Source of the DNA: Marsupella aquatica
Taxonomy: Eukaryota; Plantae; Marchantiophyta
NCBI GenBank assembly: GCA_973895155.1
Contig: OZ316897.1
Span: forward strand, 522,515-586,514
Length of the DNA: 64,000 bases
Direction: 5' to 3'
In this document: positions 10,516 to 23,092 of the stretch, one piece after another
Position numbering within the stretch: position 1 is the first letter of the stretch
How the letters are laid out: each line of letters begins with the position of its first letter
Position numbers and translations under genes: made by a program
Notes under the pieces: model-generated
Databases searched by the model: none
What the model saw: only the letters and a program-made list of their open reading frames with translations
What the model was told of the DNA's origin: nothing

Positions 10516-13507
10516 CTTCCCAACTTTCTTGAGTCTTCCTCCTGTAGAGGGGCTAACTTTCATTCTGTTTATAAAGAAATGGACAAATGGCTTTCCTGCT
10601 GTACAATTGGAGGGCAGCTTCGTCATCTCGCGCAATCGTATCAAATAGAGATAGTTTACGGTTATGCTGTAGAAACACAACTTTTCTTCCCAAAACTCAG
10701 TAAGCAAGCTTTAAAATGAGGGGGAAGATGTAATCACATTTTTGTATACAAGGGTGTGTAAGAGATGGTCTTGGAATGACGCTTGGTTTTCCTAAGCTGA
10801 AGGCTGAATTCCAATGTCAGTCTCATAACACTAGTGGTCTGTATTGTTTGCTACCCTCTTGGATCACAACCAATCATTGCATCCATATGGACAAGTTTGT
10901 CCATGGCTACAGAGAGGGGACCTTTTAACTGAGAACTATAGGGTTCAATATTATTTAAGGAAGATTCTGATCATCTTCCTCTTGATGGACTCTTCTGCCC
11001 ACTCAACTGGTATCTGGATGGAAGTTACATGGATGTCTCTAAATCTAAGGCACCCGCGATACTTCAGTCCAATGCTTAATGTCAAGTAAGGTGACACATA
11101 CTGTAGGTGACGATTAGGTGGTAAGGGTTGGCAAATCTCGAGAATCTCTGTACAGCCGATGATAAGATCATATGAGCGAATTTCCTTTTACGGGATGAAA
11201 TAGCCTGTCTGTGTAGATTTATCTGTCAGGCCTGGGAAATCACATTTACTAACAACGACCGGCTCAATATCATTGACAGTAGTAGACAGTACTATAGATA
11301 CTTTGTAAGGGAAATTTTCAGAAAAGGCTCTCGTCTTGTAGTTAGAAATGAAGACTGAGGAATTCCAATCAGCAGGTAGAGCAATTGCATCGATAAAATC
11401 AGAGGGTCCACCGTTGGGAAGACATTACCTGGAATTCTTATCGGGTTGTTGTGCCTGCATGCGACTTTCCTCTTTCAAATCACAGATAAGATGTGAAGAC
11501 GATGCTCACATTTCAAATTAATACTCAATGGGCGCATTTGCTCAACGTACTTTGCAATTTCTGGTTGCTACACTCTTGGTTCCTCAACATGGCGAAGCTG
11601 CTCACTATCACACTTATCTTGGAGCCTCACACTATCTCACAACTCAATAAGGACGGCATGGATTTTCGAAGCTGTCCTCTATCACGCTTTGCTGGAGCCT
11701 CACAGTATCTTGCAACTCAATAAGGACAGACACCACCTACTAAAGAGACTCGTTACGAAGACGGGGCATCCAGGTTGAACTCCCACACATCGCTCTCGAT
11801 TTGCACTTTGGAGACTGAACTTGTACTGTAGATTGCACTGCCGAATTGCTTTTCTCAAAGCTCAGAATTTGATGGACCTTAACTCCGAAGTTACTGGTTA
11901 TGGACACAAAAAGTTATGACTACTGAATTCATAGTTCACGACTTTTTTCCATAACTTTTTCCCATTAAGATTGATTGCATGCCATTACCACTAGACTGAA
12001 GAGGCTAGTGAGAAAAAAATAGCCATTAAGATTGATTGCTTGCCAATACCACTAGTCACTATAGAGGCTACTTAGTGAAATAAATAATGAATGTGACCTC
12101 TACACAGGCACCTGACCGTTTGCAGCCGGTTTCCATTAGTTTACTCTGGGGTAAAGCGCTCCTCATGCACAAATTACTCATGGCATCTGTCTTTAAAAGT
12201 GAAGTGTACTTCCCCAAAGTGGCAGTCCATGCTCATGCCCAAACTACTCAGGGCATCCTTCACAAAAGGGAAGCATCTGTATGCTGACAGTGACTTATAA
12301 TATTTGACCATTTTCACTCATCAGCAAGGAAAAAATGATCTTAGCTAAATTATCTCAAACTTTTTCAAGTGATAGATTGGACATCAGAAAACATGCTAGA
12401 AAAAGTTGAATAAATAATTATACGAGTCTTCCTAAAACTAGTTGCAGAAGTCTGCCAAAACCCAGCATTTTACACTTGGCCAAGGGGCCTGGAAAAACTA
12501 CTTTGGACATCCCTTTAAAAAGTGGAGTGTGGCTGCAAAAGCAACCAGTCACTGTGAATTTTGGGGTAAAGTGATGCAGCGTGTCTCACAGTCCATGTGG
12601 ATGGGCAAAATGAACTCCTCATTTTATTTTGTGGAACATGTTTGGATATGTTGCTCCAATCCAATCCAGAAAATTCCATGTACATACCCTGCTGGACATT
12701 GCGCAATTATCCTCCAGAGCATATTAAGACTGTCTAGTCCAAATAGCCTTGTATAAGCACAAGAAGGGCTCTAGGTGCCCTGAGTCCCCACAACCATCTC
12801 TATACACAAGCATGGTCTATATGTAAAAAAATCTCTATTACAAGAGAATTTAGAGCCTGTCATTGTATGGAGGAGGTTATGAACTATTATAGCATTATAG
12901 GAGCCTCAGTGTTTCTTTGAACTTAAATAGAGGTGGGGACATTGAAGCCCATTGGGCCACTCTGACAGACTCACCATGGCCCCAATTCCCGGTTTCAGCT
13001 TGCACCCCGAACTTCAGTTATGCCCATAGAGTCATGGCCTAGAGGTTTCAATCTAGACTGAAGGCCTTGAAGAGTGGCTTTCCACTTCGGTTATAAACTA
13101 GTTAGAATTAATTGCTCATAATAGTATAATAGATAATTTATTTTTTAGTATAGATGGATGTCACCAAGGACTGAGGTATGAATAAGAATTCTGCTCCCCC
13201 TCCCTTGTCCATGTGTATCTCAAAAGGCAAGTATATGCTTGATGGACCCCCAATATAGAAAGTCTCTTACTTGATTGGACCCCGGAGTGATCCAGACCAT
13301 TGATAGACCTTAAATCAAGGCACCCAAAACCTCATGGGGTTGTTCGGGGTGCGAAGTTTGGTTTGGGGGTCGATCAAGCAAATACCTCACTCAAAAGCTG
13401 GTCTACTTGCTGAAGAGGCATACACTTGATGATGCCCCAAAATGAAAAGTGTTGTTTGATGGGAGCCCCTAGTAATCCGGACTGTTTACACACATTGATA
13501 AATATTA

Positions 13508-13672
13508 GGGCGTCTCAATCCTTGAAGTCGCGGGAAAAAAAGGAGGCCCGGAACTAGCAGTTTCGGTCATGGTTCAGCACTGTGTGGACATGGATTTTCG
13601 TGTCCGCCACTTTTTCCCGAGATTCCGTCTCAGATCACAACCGGAAGCAGCAAAGTGAAGTTTGAGACGCCC
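13508..13672. mobile_element. MITE (~165 bp), 11-bp TIRs, probable TA TSD
   Basis: gggcgtctcaa (13508-13518) and ttgagacgccc (13662-13672), each flanked by TA. It interrupts a sequence whose uninterrupted relative lies at ~13270-13390. Confidence 0.7.
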
Positions 13673-14056
13673 TATTAAATCAACATACCCAGAACCACAT
13701 GGGTTGATTGGGGAGAAAAGTTTGGTTTGGGGGTACTCAAGCAAATAATACCCCCTTGCTGAACTGCAGTATATTTTGCATGTATAATCTCTGCGGTACA
13801 CTCGTGAATTAAACTACGGTGTATTCCTCTACATTTGAGGAAACTCGACCGACCATCGCTCTCGCTCACCAAGCTCTGTCGATTGGAAAACTATGTCCCT
13901 ACCCATTTGGTACGCGACATCGATTCACAGCTCGACACAGCTCTGTAATGTTTGAAACCCATTTCCCGTCAGTCTTCAGAGCTCTCATCATCGCCTCGAG
14001 CTTTTCTGAAAGCGATCAAGGCATACTCCTGATGTATCGGAAGGATTAAATGTCCC

Positions 14057-15505
14057 ATGGCGATGCAGCGCAGCTTGAGAGGTCCTCCCGGCGGTGGATC
14101 CGGCCTTGGATGCGGCCGCGATGGAGGAATTGCGAAGGCTTCGATTCTGGCGAGGGATGGACTTGGAGCGCCGAGTGGTTGTTGTGTGTGCACTCGGGAA
14201 TCGACAAGGAGTAATTGTTGCAGCTCATCGATTTCGTTCCGTTCTCATCAACGAGAGTCTCGGAACCCTAATTTGAATTCAGTCCGGGCCATCCGGAAAT
14301 TCGGAAGCTCTAGACATTCCTCCGAATTGTTAGGGGTAGGAATCAGCGGTCCGAGCTCCTCGTCTGGACGATGCGCAACACAGGTTGGAAGCAGAGGCAG
14401 AAATGGAGACTTCGTTTGCAAGGTGTTGGATGATTTTAGTCCACAGTCGATAACAGAACAGAAGGTTGGGAACGTCCACGACAATGTGCTCTCCTTGATT
14501 GGAGACACGCCGATGGTGTACCTGAACAAGGTGGGATCACGATGCTGCGCGAGAATTGCGTGTAAATTGGAAGCTCTGCAGCCCTGTCGAAGCGTGAAGG
14601 ACCGCATTGCGCTGGCGATGGTGGAGGATGCAGAGAAAAAGGGGCTTATCAAGCCTGGAGTGAACACTCTGGTAGAAGCCACGAGTGGCAACACGGGCAT
14701 TGGTTTGGCTTTCGTATGTGCTACCAAGGGGTACAAGCTGATATTGACAATGCCGGAAGACCAGAGCATGGAAAGGAGGATCCTCGTCTCTGCCTTTGGG
14801 GCCAAGGTCGTGCTTACTCCAGCAAGGATGGCCATGACCGGGTCGATCAGGAAGGCCGAGGAACTCCTGACAAAGATTCCTGGGTCATTCTCTCTCCAGC
14901 AATTTAACAATCCTGCCAACCCTATGGTTCATTTTGAGACGACCGGGCCGGAAATCTGGAGGGATACGAAGGGGAAGATTGATTTTTTCGTGGCTGGGGT
15001 GGGCACAGGTGGAACCATAACTGGGTGTGGAGAGTATTTGAAAAAGATGAACAGGTACGTGCAAATTGTGGCTGTGGAGCCGGATGAGAGTGCTGTACTG
15101 TCAGGTGGGAAGGCAGGGTACCACCAGATACAGGGAATTGGGCCTGGTTTCATCCCTAGAGTGCTCAACGTCAACGTTGTGGACGAGGTGATCAGGGTTC
15201 ATAGTAGGGATGCATTTGAGACAGCTCGCAGGCTCCATTTGGAGGAGGGATTGATGGTTGGGATTTCCTCGGGGGCTGCAGTTAATGCTGCTGTACAAAT
15301 TGGCCAGCGGCCAGAGAATAAGGGCAAACTCATTGTATGTGTGCTGCCCAGCTTTGGCGAGCGCTATTTATCCACTCCTTTGTTTTCGAAATTGTGGAAA
15401 CTGAACATCGAGGAGGACAGAAAGGTGCCCATCACCTGGTCTTATCAGGAAGACCTTGACGAGGAGGAAGATGGGCCTGGCGGAGGGGCTATCACTTCCC
15501 CTTGA
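14057..15505 (+). CDS. OASTL: O-acetylserine(thiol)lyase / cysteine synthase family protein with N-terminal transit peptide, intronless CDS
   Basis: [20 protein letters not shown] (PLP Lys), [53 protein letters not shown]; Ser/Arg/Gly-rich ~125-aa N-terminal extension. Confidence 0.96.
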   Translation: MAMQRSLRGPPGGGSGLGCGRDGGIAKASILARDGLGAPSGCCVCTRESTRSNCCSSSISFRSHQRESRNPNLNSVRAIRKFGSSRHSSELLGVGISGPSSSSGRCATQVGSRGRNGDFVCKVLDDFSPQSITEQKVGNVHDNVLSLIGDTPMVYLNKVGSRCCARIACKLEALQPCRSVKDRIALAMVEDAEKKGLIKPGVNTLVEATSGNTGIGLAFVCATKGYKLILTMPEDQSMERRILVSAFGAKVVLTPARMAMTGSIRKAEELLTKIPGSFSLQQFNNPANPMVHFETTGPEIWRDTKGKIDFFVAGVGTGGTITGCGEYLKKMNRYVQIVAVEPDESAVLSGGKAGYHQIQGIGPGFIPRVLNVNVVDEVIRVHSRDAFETARRLHLEEGLMVGISSGAAVNAAVQIGQRPENKGKLIVCVLPSFGERYLSTPLFSKLWKLNIEEDRKVPITWSYQEDLDEEEDGPGGGAITSP

Positions 15506-17186
15506 GTTGTGAACCCGTTATTCATCTGCTCTATCTGCGAGCCCACAGGGCGGATTTGTTCAGCTGGGAAAGAAGTCATTTAGTTGCTCAGAGTGTATGT
15601 AATTGGTAACTTATTGGACCGCCTAGTTCAGAGGAGACAAAACTCGTGGGGTAGTTTCAATACTATCTTTGCAATCGTTTAGATTTTCATCACCTGCTAT
15701 ACTTGGTGACCTATCTACTCACTGCCTAGTTCAGTAAAGATGAACATAGGGGTGGCAGTTCGACATCTCTGTGAAATCATGTAGAATATCATACAGAAAC
15801 ACAAGAAATCTCAACTGATTTCAGGTACGCTCTTATCAAGGTTTTATGTGCCTAATCCAGTGCCTTTGATCACCTTTTGCTAACACCCACTTGAGGCCTG
15901 TGTACCAATTCTAATGGGAGATCGTGAATCCCTTTTCAATATTACTTTGAGAGTTGTGATTTGGTATGCTCGATTAAAGGCTTCGTTTGACGTTGAGTTT
16001 TGTCCACCTGCTCCTCCTTGCACTTCAGGAAACAAGCATATTTTGTCGAAATACATTCAGCAACCCCAAAAATACATCTTAAATGGATATCCTGGGTTGG
16101 TCAAATTGGTCACTTAGTTCTCTGTGACTCTTCCCGCTTGATTTTGCAACTTAAATATACTATGCTTCAGAATGCCTCCTGGTTGATTTCACAGAAGGAT
16201 ATGGAACCCGGAGGTCCAAAGTTGTACAGCAAGACACTGCGACTCTGCTGCTTGATTTGCAACATAATATGCCATGCTTCAGAATGCTTCGTGGTTGATT
16301 TCACAGAGGACGTAGAATGCCAAGATCCGAAATTGTACAGTAAGAAATACGGAGAACTCAGAGTGGGACTTTCAGTAAGGACGGTAGGCTAACTACAGAT
16401 GTATGAATGCTCGAGTTCAATATCCCCGCATACATATAGCGTTTTCCTAGGCCCAAGTTCAAAAGGAAGTTAAATTAGGATACTACACGGGAACTGTTGG
16501 CATAATTCGATGATCAATCAGTGGTCCTCATCGTCCTGTGTAATTATTCCAAGTGCTCTGAATGTTGAACTCCGCAGTATATTTCAGCTACAGTGAGGCT
16601 TCCAATTCTTGAGACGAGAGCATCACCGAGTATCGCATCTCCTTCGTCAGTATATGGTCACAAGATTTCAGTCAATCTACAGCAACACTAAACAATAAAA
16701 TTTAACATTAAGCATACATTTGTGCGCCACATTCAACGAAGACCCATTTACTGAACCAGAGCAAATGGAGGAGCAGCCTAAAAGAGTACAATCATGATGT
16801 CCAGAAATTGGAACGCACCTCACCAGCTTGCTCAGTACTCCATTATTGGTTCTCTCTAGGTAAGCGAGTCCCGAAATAGGATGTGTGAAACGAGCCTCAA
16901 CGCAAGAGAAATTAACAAAACATTCATATTATAGGTGGAGGCAATATAGATAGCAAAGACAAAGGTCCAGGCTGAGCTAATGACTGTCTTACATGTACTC
17001 CAACTTATTATATATGGTTACTGCATAGCAAGAAGGTTTTCTTACCAGCAAACTAAAGGTCGGGATGTTGGGGTCGAAAGATCGTTAGACCTTAGACTTT
17101 CAAGGCAGGTGAATTTTGAAGTCTGTACGCACGTCTATACCTATCCATCCTAGCTAGCCTCGATCCCGATGTTGAATCATTCACGT

Positions 17187-18080
17187 TCAAAACGCACCGT
17201 GCTGTATCGTCCAAGTCTCATGGAAGGTCAACGTCTGCTGAGTTGGTAAGCACGCCATTTATGCCTAAATGAATGTCGTCGACTCCTAGCCGGCCCTATT
17301 GCCTCGACTGCATATTTTGGTCGTGAACCCGTCCATCCAGCAAGAGTCACTCTAAGTTCCTTGGCGGTCGCCCATTTCACCTCGATACCTTGGTATCTAA
17401 CTGGAGAAGGGCTTCTCCATCGCCGATCGTACTGTTTGATCGAGTGAGCCCGCAAGCCCGCTCATGACAGGCCATGATAGAAGGGGCTTTCAGCCCCCCG
17501 GACGGTGGGTGATCAGGTGAACTCCCAAATTTTTAGTGTCGTGCTTATTATAGGACACTGCATAGTAGTATTTGTGCGTGCTAGGGTCGCGCTTGGTGAG
17601 ATCCACGGTAAGTTACGAAGTTTGTGACCGCGGTGGTGATCATCGTTCCCGTCTTCTGGCTTATCTGGTACCACAACGTCGCTTGCTCGAGCGGTTGATA
17701 GTGAGCTGAGGACTGTAGGGCAAGAGTGTAGTGGAGTCAACGAAGATAGAGCTTCGTAATTGAGCCCCGTCGCTGTTTTAGACGCCTACAATGACATGGA
17801 TGCCGTCGACTCCTGGCTACTTGTAGTGTACTTTGTGGACATGCAAGCAGTCTGGAACTGTAGTTGCCGAGCGGATCCAGCCACCAGTAACGTCGAGATC
17901 GAAGCTTCGCCTATGTTACACGCCACGCCCTAAGTTGGAAGTTTGACAGTCCAGTTCAAGGCCTAATTGGCTTCCATTTGATGGTAGTCAAGGGCGCGAT
18001 TCCCTTCGAATGCCAGACTGTATTGAAGGTTGTGCTTCCATCAGGCTCCATGGTGACGCTTTTGGCGATATGCAAGAGGA
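17187..18080 (-). pseudogene. Degenerate tandem paralogue of the 19760-20806 gene
   Basis: Colinear similarity (HIAKSV, FNTVWHS, LNWTV, IHVIVGV, VKWAT.KEL..TLAG, AIGP, HETWTI) broken by stops and frameshifts; 5' and 3' flanks are also homologous (e.g. gcaaagacaaaggtc.aggctgagct at ~16953 and ~19301). Confidence 0.85.
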
Positions 18081-19759
18081 CAAGCCGCAGTGCAGATCGA
18101 TAGTAAACTATAGACCTATCTATTGCTAGCTGATCACGGATACAGACTGGGAAAGTAATGAAAGTGTAGTTGCGATGAAGGAGAAGTAGTAGCGATATCG
18201 TATGAAGCGGATGAGTGCTGGCGGCTACCCTTAGTGTCGTTTCTTATATAGCTGCTCGCTAGTTGTGAGACTCACCTATTTTAATTTATTAGCAAAGAAC
18301 AGGCCCGTGACCGAAGGTTTGTGGTCACAATAGGCTGAACACTACCCATACTTGTTTTGAAAGTACTCTCTACAATACTTTTGACAATACTATCGGACAA
18401 TACGGTCTGGACCATTTTGCTGTGCGAAGCTGGACATGGAGAGAACTAGTCGGGGGTCGGGTGATGAAGCAGATGTGGTACTGGGTAATTGCAGCCCGAG
18501 ACCTGGAGTTGGAACTGAGGACACAACGTTGACTTCGGCTGTTTCCAATGAGGTGAGTTTAGGGTTTACATGATTCCAACAATTTGTAAAATTAGAATCT
18601 CTGCTATGATATGTATTCTTTGTTTTGGCCCACCAGGAATGAACTCGCATCCCGAGCTAATCCATACCAGAATGGAGGTTCGGTCGTTCCCGCAGCTCAA
18701 CTTGCTGTGCCAATCTTGTAAAACAAGGGTCGTTCCCGCAGCTCAACTTGCTGTGCCAATCTTGTACAACAAGGAGCGCCCGGACAGGCTGAAACAACGG
18801 TCCTGATTGATTCAATCCTGAAAAAGTTGCACTGTTTTGCTGCGCCCGTCTTGTAAAGTGGCCCTTGGTACTGATTGATTCAATCCTCAAAAAAGTTGCA
18901 CTGTCTTGCTGCGCCCGTCTTGTAAAGTGGCCCTTATAGCACTGAAGTTTAACAACAAAGAAACATCTGTGAGCACAAAACAAAGAAACATTTATTAAAC
19001 AGGAGGAAAACACTACAACCAATACCTCATTGTGGAGGAATTGAAGCACACTTAAAATACGTGGGGGTCCACAGCGCACAGCCCATACGGTGTTCAAAAT
19101 TCCGGTGGTGCTGAGTCCATCCAAGAACTCCAAAACTACAACCTGGATGAACAGCAGAAACGGGCCCACCCGCTCAGACCCAACGATCCTCGCGCAATGC
19201 CATCCTTTGGTGGGCCACCGAAACCGAAACAGGAGCCGGCAGGAAACGAACCCCAAGGCAAGACAATCACAACACTACTGCCGAGAGGGCAATACGTGGA
19301 GCAAAGACAAAGGTCGAGGCTGAGCTCACGACTTGCATCTTCGATCTCCTACTTTTCATAATTACTACACACAAGAAGTTTCATAACAAGGCTTAAACTC
19401 AAGGTCTGGATATTGGGGCAAATAGATCATGGAGATCGGTAGGGCAGACCGACATAGACAATTGCACGGAATGAGGTAACAAATTGATAGATCCCGGGGA
19501 TCATTCGCCAAGAGAGCTACAGCCAATGTAAACTGGAAGTAATTGCATACTCGAGAAGCCAGGATCGATCGATGCCAATGCACATGCCCGTGCACATGAT
19601 CATACGCCAAAAGAGTGCCCGAAAGAGTGTTCATCGATTACATTGTTGTTGTCGCAGCACTTCGCCAAGCTGCTGACTTAGACTGTCAAGGCAGGTGATT
19701 CATACGGACGTCTGTGCGTAGCCCTCCCAGCTAGCCTCCCAACGTTGAATCATTAACGT

Positions 19760-20806
19760 TCAGTACTGAAGGACGTCCTCTATCGTCCATGTCTCGTGGA
19801 TCGGAAGGGCGTCTGCTGACTTTTCCAGCACGTTGTTTATCTCTGCATCAATGTCGTCGTTCGGCGGCCCAATTGCCTGGACAGAATCCTTCGATCCAGT
19901 AAGAGTCATTCCAAGTTCACAGACGGACGCCCATTTCACCTCGACATCTTTGTATTTGATGGAGAATGACTTTTCCATTCTGCCTTTGATGGTAGCTTGG
20001 CTCTCTGGAGATTCAACGGGGGCGCCGAAAAGGATCTTTCTCACAACGGTCCACCCATCCATTGTGATCGGAGCCTTGCCGATGCTTGCATTGGCAGTGA
20101 GCGCGGGAACATCCTCGGACGCAAGACCAGCTGTCGCCTGCCTATTCGGTCGAGTAACTTGGGTCAACCAATTTCCAGTGTGGGGCTTAAAGGTCGTTGC
20201 GTAGAAGTATTCCTGCATGGAAGTGGGCGTGGTAAGATCCTGGCATTCGCTTGGTGTTTTATCGGCATGGAACATCTCTCCGGTCTTCACGCCTACCTCG
20301 TACCACCAATACGCGTTCTCTACCGGTTGGTATCGAGCTGTGGAACCTGGGGGAAGAGCAGTTTCGTCAACAAAAATTTTGTCGTAACCCCCGTCGCTGT
20401 TCTGGACGCCCACAACGACATGGATGCCGCGGATTTCGTCGGACTGGTAGTCGACCTTGCCGACACGCATGAAGCCCGGCATGGGTCGTGTTTCGGAGGT
20501 GACCCAGCAACCGGTATAATCGAGATCGAAAACTTGGCCTTGGTTACATTGCTGCCAGTTGCCTCCAAGATGGACTGAGACTCCCTGATGTGGAACTTGA
20601 GCCGTCCAGTTCAAGGCGTAAACTGCGTTCCATTGGATGGAAATATTGGGGGCGGCTCGCTTCGATTGCCAGACTGTGTTGAAGGTTGGAAATCCATCAC
20701 CCTTGGCTACGGATTTGGCGATGTGGAAGTTCCACGTATTCGCATAGATATATTGAAGTTCTTCTCCATTCTGAAAGACTAATATTTCGCGTACCGGGTC
20801 TCCCAT
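19760..20806 (-). CDS. 348-aa beta-rich uncharacterised protein of a fungal/bacterial-type family (candidate horizontally acquired gene)
   Basis: Intact intronless ORF; motif string HIAKSV...FNTVWQS...ISIQW..VYALNW...GQVFDLD..G...IFVD...P.E...WW...KTGEMF recalls a family I know from ascomycetes and bacteria; TATA-like tataagaa at ~20976-20983 (-). Confidence 0.75.
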   Translation of the reverse strand: MGDPVREILVFQNGEELQYIYANTWNFHIAKSVAKGDGFPTFNTVWQSKRAAPNISIQWNAVYALNWTAQVPHQGVSVHLGGNWQQCNQGQVFDLDYTGCWVTSETRPMPGFMRVGKVDYQSDEIRGIHVVVGVQNSDGGYDKIFVDETALPPGSTARYQPVENAYWWYEVGVKTGEMFHADKTPSECQDLTTPTSMQEYFYATTFKPHTGNWLTQVTRPNRQATAGLASEDVPALTANASIGKAPITMDGWTVVRKILFGAPVESPESQATIKGRMEKSFSIKYKDVEVKWASVCELGMTLTGSKDSVQAIGPPNDDIDAEINNVLEKSADALPIHETWTIEDVLQY

Positions 20807-20989
20807 ATCTAGTGACTGGCCGGAATGAGGACAAGCTGCAGAGAGTGAAGTATAAACTTATCGATCGATTGCCAAATTACTGGTAACGGAAGGAAAGAGT
20901 TGCGATCGAGTAGCTAACTAGTAGCGATGTGGACTGAAGCGGATGGGTGTGCTGGACATTGCACTTCGCGCGCCCTTCTTATACTTTTT

Positions 20990-22122
20990 GACCCTGCTTT
21001 TCCTCCCAAAAACCAAAGCCAACAGAAAACAAGGGTTCCAAACAACCAATTGACTTTCATTCAAAAAGCCAGCAGACAACAAGGGTGGCCCATAAGAGGG
21101 GGTAGGCAACCAGGGGGGACCAGAAATCCAAAAGCCTAAAGCACCCGGGAAGCCAGGAGAAGTAGGCCCCAAAAAAGGAAGCCAAACCCCAAATTCAACC
21201 ATATGGTCCAAAAGCCTAAAGGAACGGGGAAGCCCAGACCAGGAGAGAAGCCGGCCCCAAGAAAAGGAGCCAACCCAGAAATTCAACCATCTGGTCCAAA
21301 AGCCTAAAGGACCTGGGAAGCAGGAGAGAAGCAGGCCCCAAGAAAGGAAGCCAAACTAAAAATTCAACCACAACAAAAGGGGCGGCACAAACCCTGAAAG
21401 ACCGGCCAGTGGACAGGTGCCGGCGGGGCACCCAATAGTGGGTCCATGATAGACAAAACTATCAATCTAGCCTGCAGTACAACTTTTACCCCTGCAAAGC
21501 AAAAACCTTCATGGGGGTCTACTAGGGGGAACAGGTGGGATCTGTAAGATGTCCTCATGGATTTCCCATATTGTAGCCCAAGATCCATAGTTGAAGGTCA
21601 TGTCATTGAGGGCAGCCCCATATGTGGATTTGCCCATTTAAATTTTGAACTTATGTCTGGCCCAATCTTTACTTATGTAAATTCCCGTGTAAATTGCCAG
21701 TCTGTGCCAGGATTTTTGAATGATTGCTGGAGCATTAGATCTGGTGTGCTCAATGAAATATGAGCTCCTGTCCTTCCACAGATTCCAGCAGACAGTACCT
21801 CTCAATGTGTGCCAAAGTTTACCTAGTGTGTCCCAAACATCCGGGAGTGCATCCCCCACCAAAATGTGAGCCAGCTGAAGTAATATTATGCCGTTCCCTG
21901 TGGAGTTTGCACGCTGCAAGACAAATTGAACCCAACTCCAGATCGATGCCGAGATTGGGCAGCCCCACATGCAATGCATATATGAGGTCCTCATGTTGGT
22001 CAAGATCACATCGTGTACACCAAGTAAGGGGGTTGGATGGTGGTATTTCCAATGCTGGGTAGCTGGGATCCGATAGATCTTGGCTTCCATACAGGGCAGC
22101 ATCAGAAAACTGTTATCCATTG
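20990..22122 (-). mobile_element. 5'-truncated LINE (L1/Tx1-like ORF2 C-terminus + 3' UTR) with 8-bp TSD
   Basis: WCTRCD..HED zinc-knuckle remnant and CPISASIWSWV...WHTLRGTVCWNLWKDR; ~85-bp tandem repeats in the 3' UTR (21130-21370); tacttttt at 20982-20989 and 22123-22130. Confidence 0.8.
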
Positions 22123-23092
22123 TACTTTTTTATATAACGTGATCAGACTTAGTTTGCTTGGATAGGGGGAACTTAGTCTCATTGTTATGGAGCCAGTTGA
22201 GAGATAGGAAAATCTTGTATTGTGAAGACTCGGTATGGCCGACAGGCCTAGAGTGCCATAAAGCTCTCGTGTCTTCCCGTGGAAGTAGTTACTTTAAGCT
22301 ACGTGTCAACTATTTGTGCATTGGATGTTCATGGGCTTGCCATTGTGAATGTCGTCTTTGCTCAACACACAAAGAATATAGCAAGAGATGAGAGCTTGAA
22401 GAAGAAGAGTTATGGTGATACACATAACCGCTAATAAAGTTGTCATTCCTGTGGCCATAGCCGAGCTTGAGGTGAACCACGTAGCAAATGAGTTTTCGAC
22501 TGGCAGGAGTGTTTTCCTGATCAGATTTCTCCCCACAAGTGTGGACGGAGCAATGTACTACTGTACATTCCAAGCCATAACATTCCAAGCCATATTGAGT
22601 TAGAAGAGCAGTAGGAATATAATGTTTGGTTCAAAAAACACGGTTCAAAACTTCTTTCCAATTTTAGCAATTTTGCAAAAGAAGTATTGATTCTAGTTAC
22701 TCATTCATCGATTCAGTAATTCAAAGCTAAGTTTGGAACATACAGCCCGGGTGTACATTTACCTTGTGTTCTCATGAGGTCAGGTCTCACCACATTTGAC
22801 TTTGGGCTCAGACAATCTCATTGATGCAGCTTGTATAGTACTTAGATTCGAAGAAAGTACTTCGCACTTTTGATCACACAGTCTTAGTGATTACATTCTA
22901 CTGTCAGGAGTGTAAGGTCTACCATGGACGTGAGGTTCAATTGCTCGGTCCATGCAGGCTTCAAGTTCCATGCCGGGCTAATTAAGCCTGAATTAAATAC
23001 ATATACCCATCTAAAGTACTGCAGGTATCCTCTACAAGTACTTGTTTCAAATATAGTATAATTCTGTACATGAAGGAGCATAATGTATATGG

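Noticed and set aside
18390-19260. ORFs 18390-18650 and 18657-19256 as genes or a LINE end
   Set aside because: No recognisable motifs; length is partly due to local 46- and 68-bp duplications; a possible TE remnant but unsupported
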